A DNA stretch of 64,000 nucleotides from Tubiluchus corallicola (GCA_030141605.1 JAQGDQ010000800.1:30373-94372), one strand, 5' to 3'. Counted from the first letter of the stretch, positions 1 to 12,551 are shown. Numbers and translations are program-made. The notes: generated by a model from the sequence alone, not told the origin.

Positions 1-283
1 CAAAAAAATTTTTATAAAGTAAATGTCAAAAATAAGCCCTTTTTGTCATGGATAGAGCAAGCCAGTCAGTTCACATATAAAAATTATCAAGAAGCAAAGC
101 CATGCAGCATGCAAAAATTAAGTTTAATGCACCGTCTAAACACGATCACTGAGACCTACGAGATGTATTAGATAAAACTAAAGATCTAAGACACAACTGT
201 CAACTAAGATTACAATAAGACTAAGAAAAACAACTAAATATAAGCATGGGCTCCTATATAATCCAAAATTGTCACAAAGTTAA

Positions 284-612
284 AGGAAAACCGGACGAGT
301 AAACCCGTAAACACGAGTTCTGAATAAATAATGCTCTAAAATATTGAAAACTACAATAGCTTATTTTACATCAAAGCTTAGATTAAATAATAATTACCTC
401 GGACACTCAAATTTTGTTAAACTTTCAAAGCTACGCGTGGCTTAGTGAATCTGCTAACATTGGCAGCGGGCCGTTTTGTCACATGAGTGTATCAGACAAA
501 GCCATGATCATGAACTGCTGTGTTAGTTTCTGACGTCATATGATGTAAAGCCCATTTTTCGTAACATCATGCATTTAAGCAGTATTGTAACACCTATGCA
601 AACGTGCTCGAT
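284..612 (+). mobile_element. Kolobok-like non-autonomous DNA transposon, left part (copy 1 of 4)
   Basis: TTAA followed by AGGAAAACCGGACGA; body aligns by eye with 14427-14930 and, inverted, with 62950-63461. The same terminal motif occurs at the other end of the family (31607, 62950). TTAA target with RR termini fits Kolobok. Confidence 0.65.
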
Positions 613-904
613 GTTACATGAGGAAAGACATGAGCTTTTGCTCGTTTGCTTTTATTTGTTCTGATACAAACTTATCAAAATACGGGGGCTGCTCAAAAAG
701 TGTCCATCTCTTTTTTTTCTCCGCGTAAAGTAAAGCCATGCGGGGCAAAGGGAGCATGTTTTTAGGGAGCGTCGTCGTCATCCTTTCTGCGCATGTGTGA
801 AAATTTCCTGTTTGCGGCGTCTTTTTTTGTCTTTTATGCCTCAAGTTCAGGTGAGTAGTATAGCATGCTCGACAGATTTTCATTATTAAGAAAAATGACA
901 GAAC

Positions 905-1649
905 GCATCGAAGAGAGATATTGCTGACCTGTCTCTTTGACTCCCGTGGTATTGTGTATCATGAATATTCACCACTAGGCCAAACAATAAGGAATGCTAA
1001 CTGGAGGTTCTACATTGCCTTCACGATGCTGTGCATCCAAAGAAGTCAGACATGTGAGCGACAAAAAATTTGCAAATTCATCACGAAAATGCACCCGCTC
1101 ATGTCAACCACATAATACAGTCGACTATTCTCGTTAAATCGGACCCCGTTAGCCCGGATATCGGATAAGACAGACATCATAGAATAATTTCTTTATCCTC
1201 ACAGGTTAACTATTTTAAAGTAATATACAGTATAGTATATAGTGCAATGTATATAGGCCTTATTAAGGTGATTATTCCTGTATAATATAGACCATATATA
1301 CGCATATCGGATAAATCGGACAATCGGCTAAACCGGAACACCCACCTCCCCAATTAGTCCGGTTTAAAGAGGGTTGACTGTACAAGCTTTCCTGGTTAAG
1401 AAGAGCACACCAATCATTCAACAGGTTCTTTACTCTCTTGACTTGGCACCGTGTGACTTCTAGCTCTTCCGTAAGTTGAAAAGCACGATGAAAGAAACGC
1501 GATTTGAGTCACGAGAACAAATTATGAGAAAAGCGACGGCGCAGCTAAATAACATTCCAGAGAAGGCGTTTCAGCGGTGTTACCAGCAGTGGCAGAACAG
1601 CTGGGAGAAGTGTATTAATTTCCAAGAGGAGTATTTTGAAGGAGATTAA
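905..1649 (+). pseudogene. Degenerate mariner (DD34D) transposase, C-terminal half, interrupted by a MITE
   Basis: Translates to LTCLFDSRGIVYHEYSPLGQT...HHENAPAHVNHI / QAFLVKKSTPIIQQVLYSLDLAPCDF*LFRKLK...WEKCINFQEEYFEGD*, matching mariner motifs HHDNAPAH, YSPDLAPxD and the YFEGD terminus. It carries a frameshift and an internal stop. Confidence 0.9.
1118..1380. mobile_element. Tc1/pogo-type MITE (263 bp)
   Basis: TA|CAGTCGAC...GTTGACTG|TA termini with TA duplication; removing it restores the mariner reading frame. Confidence 0.85.
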
Positions 1650-2649
1650 ATCACATTTGTGAAATGCTTAGGATTGTGTTTTTGATGCCCAATGGCCTTT
1701 TGAAAGCACTACGCAGGTAGCCAATCAAAATTTCTATTACACAACAGCTGAAATAGAATTAGAATCCTGGACTTCACTTCATAGCTCAGTTCTAGAACTG
1801 CAACTAGAATTAATAACACCTTGGCACCTTAGAATTTGCAGTACTTAAAGTACAGCTATAAATGCTTTATTATATTTTATTTTGTAATTATTTTGTTGAC
1901 TGTATTGCATAATTTATAAACTCGGTTTTGTTCAAATCACACTTTTATATTTTGGTTGATTGTGCCTGGAGAACTTAACGCTTCACAGTTCAGTACTGAT
2001 CAACTGATCAATTTAAGTACCTTGAAAACTTAACTGGTCAGTAGTAATGATATGCCATATTGCCATAAAAAGCAGACTTTAACATGCATGATAACACGAA
2101 ATTTTTACTTTATTTGAACTATTTTAGCTAGGATTTCTGAGAATTTTTTAACATCTACGAGAAAAGAAACTCATAGAACTAAATAAATAATACTAAAACA
2201 TAAGAAATATGTTTTAAGAGACATAAGAAACATAAGAAAGATAAGAAATATCCTATTAAAAATAATGGAAAATTTCGTCTCACAGATTTGAAAACATTCG
2301 ACGAAAATAAAGTGCAATTATCGAGAATAACATTTCTGTAACAACTCTGTTTTGGTTTGGAACAGTAAGTTGTTAACTACATTTATTATTATTATTATTT
2401 GTCTCCTTCAGGGAATAGCCGCAGTTTGCTCTTGAACTTCAAGACAACACTAAATACATGACACTCATGAATGTCCCACGAATTGTATGACAAATTAAAG
2501 TCCTTCCAAACTAAAGGGGAAGAAAAGGCAATTTCAAAGTACGTCCCAAAAAACTTTCCATAAAAAGTTATGTTACTTAGCATTATGCTTACTTACTTGA
2601 AAGACTTATGTAACTAGAAAAGAAAATTTTGAGTCATTTAAAATGTTTT

Positions 2650-2965
2650 GCGATTGCGATTGCAATACTCGACTCTCTCCACCTATCAGAGGCGGGCACC
2701 TTTATAGGGTGCAAAGTCTATTCTTCTATAACGCTGATCTTTTAGTTGTCTTTTCTAAGTTTAGTATCTTTATTTGTCTTTATCCTGTATTCCATACATT
2801 CGTTCACTAGATTTCTAATTTCTAGCAATCCTTCCCTTTTACTGTTCATTAATACATCTGAGTTCAAAATTTTTTTCCATTCTCCATATCTGTAACATCT
2901 AAGCATATGTTCAGTAGTGTCATCATCTTGCTCACAAATGTTTGCACTAATTGGTAAAATGTTAC
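2650..2965 (-). mobile_element. 5'-truncated non-LTR retrotransposon 3' end
   Basis: CEQDDDTTEHMLRC resembles the C-terminal CCHC knuckle of LINE ORF2. The stop is followed by hairpins (GCACC-loop-GGTGC, CCGCCT-loop-AGGTGG) and a (GCAATC)n tail. Confidence 0.55.
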
Positions 2966-3792
2966 CGAGCAACTCACCTTCCCAGTATGCACCACTGACT
3001 CACCAAAAAACATATTTTTATTCTTACTGACAATTATAGAGTAATTTATACTTTTGCTTAGTTGGTGAAGATTTTGTAAAAAGCTGGGATAATTTTTCCA
3101 AACTTTACGCAATTATATCTAAACTTGTTTCAAGTCAACCTGCCATCAAAATTGCTGCACCTAGAGGTCACTGTGCGAGTTTAAATTTATAAGTTTTACA
3201 CACCGTTACTGCAATGCAAGCCCTGTATGCAATAAGACGGTATGTAGGTGATGCAAAATTTCAAGACAAATTTTTACCTTTGTATGAGTAAAGAGTTTTC
3301 TTGTACTTTAAGTTCGTTTTGTTTTGTTTACCGTTTGCGTGCACTTGTACTATACACAGTGTTCTTCTTAAATCAACTTTAAACAAACAAACAACAAGTA
3401 AACAACTACAGGTATCATCTGTAAAATGGGTGGCCCAACCACATGCTTCACAAATTTTACACTTTTTTGCCAAATTACTGACTGCAGATGACAGAGTTAT
3501 TTTTATTACTATTGGACAACAATAAAAATGTCGTCAGCTAGACTTTTTGTCAATTAAATGTGAAATTTAGAGAGTGGTTAGATATTAAGCACGAGTTCGA
3601 AATAGTGCTTAGCCAACAAAGGCACCACAGAAAGTGTCCAAGCTTGTCTGGAGCACACGAATGTCTGCATGCTTAAAGGTTGGTTTAATAGACAATATCC
3701 GATCATTGGTTATTGATCATACAGCGTAAAATTTATTATAAGTTACTATTACTATGTAAAAACATTTCGGATTAAACAAGACGTGATCTTAC

Positions 3793-3905
3793 CACTTTTA
3801 CTGTAGTGACCTGAAGCTGACTGGGCACTACCTGCGTAATCTTGCTACACTTTCCCCCCTCTGTAATGAATCCAAGTAGACGAGCATTCAAGATGGCTGC
3901 TACAT
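3793..3905 (-). CDS. PlexA: Plexin-A-like coding exon 5 (end of PSI1); contains an apparent +1 frameshift
   Basis: Acceptor ttgtttctttcag, donor gtaag. Reads RCSSHLECSSTWIHYRGG, then in a shifted frame KCSKITQVVPSQLQVTTVKV, which resembles the insect PlexA segment GKCTTITSVxPxQLQRTT (recalled, not searched). Confidence 0.8.
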
Positions 3906-3959
3906 CTGAAAGAAACAATATTCAAATTTATCTGACATGTTATAATAATAATCTCCCTT

Positions 3960-4001
3960 TCTCTCTCTCATTGTCTACCTCCCTCCTCCTCTCTCTCGCT
4001 T

Positions 4002-4083
<82 letters not shown>

Positions 4084-4122
4084 CCTCCCCCTCCCCCCCC
4101 TCCCTCCCTCTCTCCCTCCCTC
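3960..4122. repeat. (CT)n microsatellite
   Basis: Direct inspection. Confidence 0.95.
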
Positions 4123-4549
4123 CATCACTATAGAAATTTTCAGGCACGACGGTAGCCACCATTCAGTTGAAAATTATGACGTAAGTGGTGGACTTCATAA
4201 CTTTCTCATAAGCACATCGTAATTTTCCGAAAGCACGGCCTGCTTTAACTGCAGTTCTCCTTTTTTTGTAAAAACTTTTGACAGAAACTGACAGTACGAT
4301 GTTTTCCTCCAGTTGACGAATGACGTCATTGGTGGAATTGGGAGTACCCAAGCGTGAAACATTTACATCTTCGAGGTAATTTTACTAATGACACGAGGCG
4401 CTTATCACACTTTTATTACTAAATCATTTTAACATTTTTTGAGAACATTCAAATATATGACGATGTTCAATTATTATTTCTTCTTTCATTTATATCGTGT
4501 ACATAGAAACGAACCTATGTGTGAAACTGAAATCAAAAAAACTTGGTAC

Positions 4550-4650
4550 CTGTTTGTAGACGGGCACCATCCACAATAGGGGTTATGAGAGTCCAAACAT
4601 TGCTCACAAGAACTGGCCTCATCACAGACGTTTGTCCGTATTTTAGTTAA
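4550..4650 (-). CDS. PlexA: Plexin-A-like coding exon 4 (PSI domain start)
   Basis: ttacag|LTKIRTNVCDEASSCEQCLDSHNPYCGWCPSTNR|gtacc; PSI signature CxxCL...PxCGWC; 101 bp, phase 0 to 2. Confidence 0.92.
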
Positions 4651-6457
4651 CTGTAAGTAAACATTTGTTGGTTAGTACAGCTCAGTATAACCTAACTTAC
4701 TAATATTACTAACATATAGCAGGCTGTTGGAGGGTGTGGCAATATGCTTTCACACTAAGGAAGGAAACCTTAATCAATTTCTGTGTCGCATCCGATTGGC
4801 AGACAATGAGCTATGTGATTCGATTCAATTCAATTCAAAACGTGCATTTATTTCCATATTCATGATATAACTGAGGCAAGTAAATGTATTTAATTATCAC
4901 AATGCAAATAGGATGGCGAAAGACCAAGAAGGTCAACTAGTCAAGCCATCCTTCAATGGATGTATGTGATTATTGGGATGACACTGTAGCTATTTCACTC
5001 ATGAATAGTAGTGAAATTACATTATTACTATTTTACTTAGCAACATGATCTGTTTAAAATTCACTAATCAATTTTAAATAACTGAAGGATGAAAATGCAA
5101 TCAAAGATATCTAAACGTACAGGAAAATGATGAAGAAAAAGCAATGGTAAGTAAAAGCCAAATAATGTGGTACAAATGAATATAAAAATGATCAAAATTC
5201 AAGCTGTCATATCGTCCATGTATAACTCAAAATGAGAAAAACATGCAAAATAATAATAATAATATTAAATAAAAAATGATAAAAATCAAATTAAATGAAG
5301 TGAAAAGCAAGTTATCCAATCAGAAATTTAAATAAACTTTCAAATAGGGAACTGTGACTGTGCACGGTCACCTCAGACACCAGATCATTTATTATTTTGT
5401 TGCCCATTGGTCAGCCAAAGGAAGAGGAGGCATTTTATGCTAGAATCAGCTGTCAAACAACAGATGTCATATTTTTGCAGCAGAACAAAAGTATAATTAC
5501 TGCAGTTTTGGACTTGATGGCTAGTGGAAAGATGACTACATTGTGAAAACGTTAACTAATCGCTAGTATAGCTTTATTTACAGAACGACTATTAGACTGC
5601 TAGGATATTTTTGTTTACGTATATTTACAAATTATCATTAGTTTACTTATCTACTAGAGTTATAGAAATTTAATGAACAACAATAGTGATGTAAAACTGA
5701 ATTATAATTCGAATGTGATTCATTACAACAACTTGGTAAAACTCTAAAATACCTAAACATTTTGTATACATTTCGTACATTCTAACATATTTGTTTATAT
5801 GTATGCATTTGTTTATTTGTATATAATTTGTACAGTTGCTTTTATTTTTATGTGATTGTATTTATGTATTTATGTGTGTCACTAATATCTGTACATGGTT
5901 TCATTTTTAATACTGATGTACTGAGCCTGCAAATAGAGGCGTAATAAAAAATTTATCATCATCACTAATAGTACATTAGATAAACGACCGTACATTCAGA
6001 GCCATCTTACGAACAGAAGTGTAAAAAATGCCAGTTTCGTTAGAGACGAAATGAAAAATAATTTTCTTTTTCCTTTTTTTACAATTACAAATGTAAAACT
6101 GTAGGACTGTAGTGGGCCTATCTATATCAAGGTCAAACATTATCCCAATTTGACTGTAAGGTCAAAGAATGTACCAGTTAAGTTATCACAACAAAAAACT
6201 TGCTTTTTAAATTTTACTATTTGTGTACTGGCAAAAGTAGTGAAGTTGGTATCTTCTGTCCGGTCGAAATTTCGAGATGCTGTTTTCAAGATCAAAGGTC
6301 ACATCAGTTTGGTCGAAAAGTCAAAATCACATCAGTTTTGGTTATAAGGTCAAAGGTCATACAAGTTGGTTGCCACGTCACAAGGCTTCTTTTACCATTT
6401 TAATGTGCATGTAGTTGCTTCTTTACCGTAGAACAACTAGTGAAGTTTATACTATAC

Positions 6458-6586
6458 CTTGCGCTGTGTCATAACATACAAATGCTTCTTGTCAAGGTCA
6501 AAGGTCATATCGGCATGAACGGGACTTCCTGGATCAACCTGTACCTCACCAAATTCCACGGCTTCATTCAGCGAATCCACTGCCAC
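6458..6586 (-). CDS. PlexA: Plexin-A-like coding exon 3 (end of Sema domain)
   Basis: aaacag|VAVDSLNEAVEFGEVQVDPGSPVHADMTFDLDKKHLYVMTQRK|gtatag; 129 bp, phase 0-0; HLYVMT is typical of the Sema C-terminus. Confidence 0.92.
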
Positions 6587-6684
6587 CTGTTTACCAAAAA
6601 TCAAACGTACATATGCAAACCACATCAGCAGTCATAAGGCCCTAGAATGGATGTCCTAGGCCACGCGATCATATAGCTTGTAGC

Positions 6685-7063
6685 CAGGGCCTATTTCAGC
6701 CTAGGCGAGGCCAAGGGAAGTGGGGCGTGTGAGGCCCCATGGGGGGGTAGGTAGCGCTATCATGGTTGGCCCAGAAAATTTTTGAACTGCTAGAACGCCG
6801 GAGAAGCATTTTCGAAGAGAAAATATGGAGTTATACAGTTGTTAAAGGAAAGAACAATTGAAAGAAAAACTGCTTTATTCTCAAGATCAGTCCTTAGTAC
6901 TTGTCAACACTGCCAAACGGCACGCGTGCGGCAAGAGAGAGAGGGAGAGAGGAGGCAGTATGTTCGCATAAAGCAAAAAAAAATGTTACCTTGGCGCGAG
7001 GCCCCCCTGGAGGGTGAGGCCTCGGGGAAGTATCCCCACTCCCCCCCCTTGAAATAGGCCCTG
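6685..7063. mobile_element. hAT-family MITE
   Basis: TIR CAGGGCCTATTTC/GAAATAGGCCCTG and a perfect 8-bp TSD CTTGTAGC on both sides; inverted second copy at 55277-55783. Confidence 0.92.
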
Positions 7064-8004
7064 CTTGTAGCATAAAACTGATGTGAAGTTTAAAGAAGCA
7101 AGTTATCCTGTACATATCCTGTAAAATTTTCATACGAAAATGACAGCTTCATTTTATGATATGCAAGTTCTCAACATATTAAATAAATTTCTTTCAAACT
7201 TTTCGTTACTTTAATATCTGCATGAAATGGGCATCAGAATAATAACATTTTGAAGCCAAAGAGGCAGAAAGACGTACAAACGATGATGTTCCAATTCCAA
7301 TTCAATTAAAATTCAGCGAGTTTTATGCAGTTTTAACATTTCAATTAATCTGTGGTCTTAGTGTTGGCAGTAAACTAGTGTTGCTTTGGAGGCAAACTGG
7401 TGTAGGTTACTGCACCAGTGCTCTTGGAATTGCTTGCTTTACATTTAAGGCCTACGGACAAAATGCCTTGCAAGAGTAATTGTCTTTCTAAGCCCAAAAG
7501 GTGGTCTAATAAGTGCGTCCAAATGTATTGCTGCTGAGACGTAGAGCTTAGCAAGTAATTTTGAACTATTTAACAAAAATGATATTTCTCTATCCGAAGT
7601 TTTATGAAAACAACTTTGGATTGGGTGTAGAATGATGACTTGAATGAGCAAATAAACGGATGAACAAACAGACAAACAAGCAACTAAACAACTGGAATGC
7701 TTATACAGGACTCCACACATGCATCTCAACACAGCTGCACTTCTGATTACCCTAAAAGGAATTTTTTAATGGCGTTACAAAATGCAAATCGTTACCTGCG
7801 ATGAATCTTTATTTTGACAAATCTTTACAATCTCGTTGTGCAAAAACCTGAATGTCAAAAACAACTAGGCGTTACATGACAGCTGACACGCTCGCTCATA
7901 TGAACCCACCTTTGCTATTAGCAGAAGTGTTACTTCTAGTATTACTTAAAATTGGATAAATAGGAAAGTCAGGAAAGCATTGGCCAGTGAAGTTATGATA
8001 AGAG

Positions 8005-8790
8005 GACAGTTACTAACAACATTTCGTTTGTTGTATAACAGAAATACATCCCAACTACTACAGTAAATAAATAAACAACACCTAACTAAGCTTAACAGCA
8101 AGTAAAGAACAGTAAGTAAACAAAACTCTCTGTACATGGCATCGACAAAATATATCCCAACTACTGCAAGCAGTTGCTAACAGCATTTCGTACGTGGTGT
8201 AACAGAAGCACATATCAACTACTACTACATGCAAAAATTGACAATATGAAAGTAAGCTTTTGCAACGTGGCATACATGAAGTACATCCCAACTACTGCAA
8301 TCAGTTGCTAACAGCATTTCGTACGTGGTGTAACAGAAACACATCCTAACTACTACATGCAAAAATGAACAACATGAAAGTAAGCTTTTGTAACGTGGCG
8401 TACATGAAGTACATCCCAACTACTGCAATCAGTTGCTAACAGCATTTCGTACGTGGTGTAACAGAAGCGCAGCCTAACTACTACATGCAAAAATGAACTA
8501 CATGAAAGTAAGCTTTTGCAACGTAGCATACATAAAGTACATCCCAACTACTGCAATCAGTTGCCAACAGCATTTTGTACGTGGTGTAACAGAAGCACAT
8601 CCTAACTACTACATGCAAAAATGAACAACATGAAAGTAAGCTTTTGCAACGTGGCATACATGAAGTACATCACAACTACTGCAGCAGTTACTAACAACAC
8701 TCCATCACAAAGTTCTGCCACAATCAAAAGCAAACAACAACCACGTAAGCTCTCCATGGGTGATATAACAGAAACGCATCCCAACTACTG
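8005..8790. repeat. Tandem repeat, 128-bp unit, about 4 good copies plus degenerate flanks
   Basis: CATCCCAACTACTGCAATCAGTTGCTAACAGCATTTCGTACGTGG recurs every 128 bp; ORF starts at 8291, 8419 and 8547 show the same period. Confidence 0.9.
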
Positions 8791-10424
8791 CAGTCAAAAA
8801 CAAGCAACACTCACACATGCTTTCCGTGCGAGGCACACATGCAACGCATTCTATCTACTGCACTCATTTACTAACAAATAACATTGCAGGCTCTGACATG
8901 ACAGCGCAAATAGCAACGTTTTCCATTTTATGGCCGTGAAATTGGACATTTTGAATCAGACCATTAGCAATTAGTCGCCGCGGGGAAACATAAATTCACT
9001 AAATTACACTTACGTCTTCTTCGGACGATACCAATTGATACTGGAGGGGTGAGCAGTCATCAGATGGATATCAATAAATCAATTACGCTTGTGTATGCCC
9101 AATGTAATGCAATGTTCACAACGTGTTGCGAATAACTGTTTTATAATCAAAAGAATGGCTCTGGATTTGTAAAACAGATTCAGTTGATCAGAATTTCTTT
9201 ACTAATAAAAGTTTTTACTCAAAACAACCCGCCCAGCACCCCAGGAAAACGTCTTTTGCACTTATGTGGGCAAAAAAACAGGAATAGTCGACTCTGCGCG
9301 ACTTTACCAAATCAAGTCTAGTACAGGAAATTTGCCAGACAGGATAAGCAAGCCTGATAATGCGAAGAAGGGGTGATTTAGCAGGATGATAGCACCTTTA
9401 ATGTGATATGCGTTTCAGTAAATGCTAACCTTAATGTGCCACATTAATTTGCATTTTTCGTGAGCTTAACGATGCCAAGAAAAAAAAGCGACAAACTGCG
9501 AGACAAGAGAAAGGAAAGCAGACAAGCAGCCGGACAAACAGACAGACAAACATCAAAATGTTTATATACATAAGTGTCACAACTGTGTTAAATATATGGA
9601 ACCTTTAAGAATATCTATAGTTTAAAGGCCTAACCACATTTTACTGCATAAACGCAAGTGATTGGCTGAACAATTCATGTAAAGGCTGGCTCACACAATC
9701 AGACAACTTCCTGTTATAGCGAGGTTAATAACAGATACGTCGTTCCCAAGAGCTCAATGTAATCACTTCCCTTACTAAGTGCACATCCTATTTCTATTGG
9801 CTTAGGGCGGATCCATTATAATAAAATGAAATTAACCATATGCTGCGCCCCTACTAATTAAGATCTTATCAAACGTGCCATGAAAGGACATTAAAGAAAA
9901 TTTTCCAAGGAATGACAGATGTTACAAAATGACAGAATGCAGTAACGTCCAAAACTGGAAGTTACTTTCTATTATTAAGAACAAACTTCAATAAAGTTCA
10001 GCATACGCACGCCACGCTGCGTGGACACGCCCCCAATCAAGTTATCTCCTTTTGGCGACCTCAGACTTGTAAGAATTAACAGGGGAATTTTGTGGAAGTA
10101 TAGTACATTCTAGTAGTAAGAATGCTATTCAATCTAATCTATTCTAATCAGATGCTTTTCTCCACAGTCAGAAGACAAATACAGCATTTAAAAAACAACA
10201 GTCAGTTTACAATAGGAGCAATAAGACGTCGTGGGTCTACCTTACCTAAGCGGATGTATATGCGACCGGAACTATTTTTTGCTGAAAGCTCAGCTAAGTT
10301 ATATGTACACTTAGTTCATTTTAAGGAACAACTTGGAGAATTGCATTTCCACCCTTCTAGAGCTTAAAGCACAAGAAAAAGCTCTTTATAAATAAGGCTA
10401 AAATAGTTTGTCTTGAAACTTTAT

Positions 10425-10830
10425 ATCACCTACATATTGTCTTATTGCTCACACAGCTTACATTAGCAGTAATGCTGTATAAACCATGTAAATTTAAACA
10501 CCCACAACGACCATTAGGTGCAGCCATTTTAACATTAAGTCATTTAAAAAATTTACATAACATTGCGTGAAGTTTTAGATTTAAAAATTTAGATAACATT
10601 GTGGCGCACTGATTTACCAAAACACACATTATTCATCTTATTGATAATATAAAATAATTTGTAGTTTTACTTAGTTAGTAAAATATGTGTTACGAATGCT
10701 CTGTTTATTTTTTCAAACTTTACGCAATGTTATCTAAACTTCTTTCAAATCACTTACTGTTAAAATGGCTTCTCCAACTGTCATCAATGGAGTTTAAATT
10801 TATAAGTTTTATACAGCATTACTGTTACCA
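10425..10830. mobile_element. Old inverted-repeat (MITE-like) element; related fragments at 3100-3250 and 20397-20455
   Basis: 10425-10580 is an imperfect reverse complement of 10715-10830, and both resemble 3100-3250. Confidence 0.55.
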
Positions 10831-10862
10831 AAATTGTCTGTTTTTTAGTGGCCTAAACATAC

Positions 10863-11051
10863 CTTCTTGACAAGGCCGTCTTCGGTACCAATGAACACCA
10901 CAGTGTTGCCTTCGACGGTTGTCACGGCAACCGATGTCAACAAGGTATCTGTATAACTGATGACAGGCATTGTCGAAACTGCCAGAGAACCGTTCAGGTA
11001 TGGAGACAGCGGATCACACAGCTGACTTTCCACGGAGAGCTGACTATTTTC
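10863..11051 (-). CDS. PlexA: Plexin-A-like coding exon 2 (Sema domain)
   Basis: ctttcag|ENSQ...LTSVAVTTVEGNTVVFIGTEDGLVKK|gtatgt; 189 bp, phase 0-0; plexin motif TVVFxGTxxGxxKK. Confidence 0.93.
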
Positions 11052-11349
11052 CTGAAAGATGCAACATCTGCTAGAAACGTATGCCATACATGCATAGCTA
11101 CTACTCAGCATCATATAGTTAAAAATTTATACACCATAAATTGACTAAAACTTTATTTTGGTTTATCGAAAAAGAAAATAAAAAAAATGCAATAAAAAAC
11201 AAACAATAAAAATTATAGTTAATGGCAATATTTATAAAGAGTTATAAAACATATCTGTATGATTTGTTTATTTATTATATATTTAAAAAATATTTACAAG
11301 AAATTATAAAATGTGAAAACAGCACAGAATAAAATTACAGATAAAAACG

Positions 11350-11850
11350 ACTAAATGATAAATTACTGATAAAAGCACAAAGAGCCAAAACCATTTACAG
11401 GTGTTTATTAAAAGACGAATGATTAGTGAGATTTAGATTATTTAAACAGTTTTTTAAAAGTTTGCTACCATGAGCACAGATCTAGGGGGCACCACCAACA
11501 GACACAAGGACTTAATTCCGGATTTTAATTATTCTGTGTGAGAAAAAGTTTTTAAAAGAATCAAGTCTGCAGTGAGTGAGTGCAACTTTAAGCGGTGACT
11601 CGTACTTAAATAATTAACTAGATAAAGGTGCTTTGATAAAAAATACATCTTTGTCTAACGTACTGTTTCCATGTAATATTGAATAACACATAGCCAAATC
11701 ACAGTCTATACAATACATCAATTTGAAAAAAAAACGCCAGTTCGATGTCACTTCCTATTACAGCTTATATTTTGCAATATACAATTGAAGTTGTTTTATA
11801 CTAGACACAGGGTAGGATTACTTTATAGACTAGCATAGGCTGCAACCCAG
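11350..11850 (-). mobile_element. Decayed CR1-like LINE 3' end
   Basis: Minus-strand fragments such as SHRLKL and CRLDSFKNFFSHRII match the CR1 ORF2 C-terminal pattern TRGHxxKL...FFSxRxxxxWN. Confidence 0.6.
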
Positions 11851-12110
11851 GACCCCATTTTACATAACAAACAAAAGATATCTGTTTTAGCTTGTTTAAA
11901 GAATTCACAATAAGTTTACTTCAATTCAAAAGGGGAGTAGGCGACTTAGAAGGTGGCTCCGTCTGAGGGGGAGAGAGAAATGAAAGGGATTTCCCTTTTT
12001 GAAGGAATGTAGCTGAAGAACACTAAAGAGAAGTCACTAAAGCAAGCACAAAAATGTACACTGCAATTCTAAACTAGAGAAAGCAATGTTGAAATTTTCC
12101 AGACATATGG

Positions 12111-12523
12111 CAGGGTTCCCACAGAATTTCAAAATAAATTTCCCTGACTTTTCCCTGACCAAATATTGATTTTCCATGACCAAGATCAGCAGAAATTGTA
12201 GTACCAGTATAAACATTCAACCATTTTTGTGTATGGACATTCATACATATGCTGATATACAATGTGTCGGCACAGTTGCAGTAGTGCTAACGAAATTACA
12301 CTAATCACATAACCTAATCCAATCGTTATCAAGTGAAAAATATGTTTGGAAAACTATCAGTTCACGGTGATTATTTTTGCAACCCTTTCCAATTTCCCCG
12401 ACTTTTTGCCCCATTTTCATCATTTTCCCTGACTTTTTACCAAATTATCTTTTTCCCTGACTTTTCCATGACTTTCCAAGATAGCATGTATTTTCAAGGA
12501 TTTTCCCTGACGCATGGAAACTA
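12111..12523. mobile_element. hAT-like MITE with TTTCCCTGAC subterminal repeats
   Basis: Starts CAGGGTTCCCA, has many TTTCCCTGAC/TTTCCATGAC repeats at both ends and a degenerate right TIR. It lies 30 bp into the plexin intron and supplies the spurious tail of ORF 12420-13697. Confidence 0.6.
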
Positions 12524-12551
12524 ACCGACTAACGAAAGTACTTTTCCTCAC

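Noticed and set aside
12420-12551. C-terminal 43 aa of the 425-aa ORF as a secreted Sema-only protein
   Set aside because: Read-through past a consensus donor into an intronic MITE; downstream plexin exons continue the domain.
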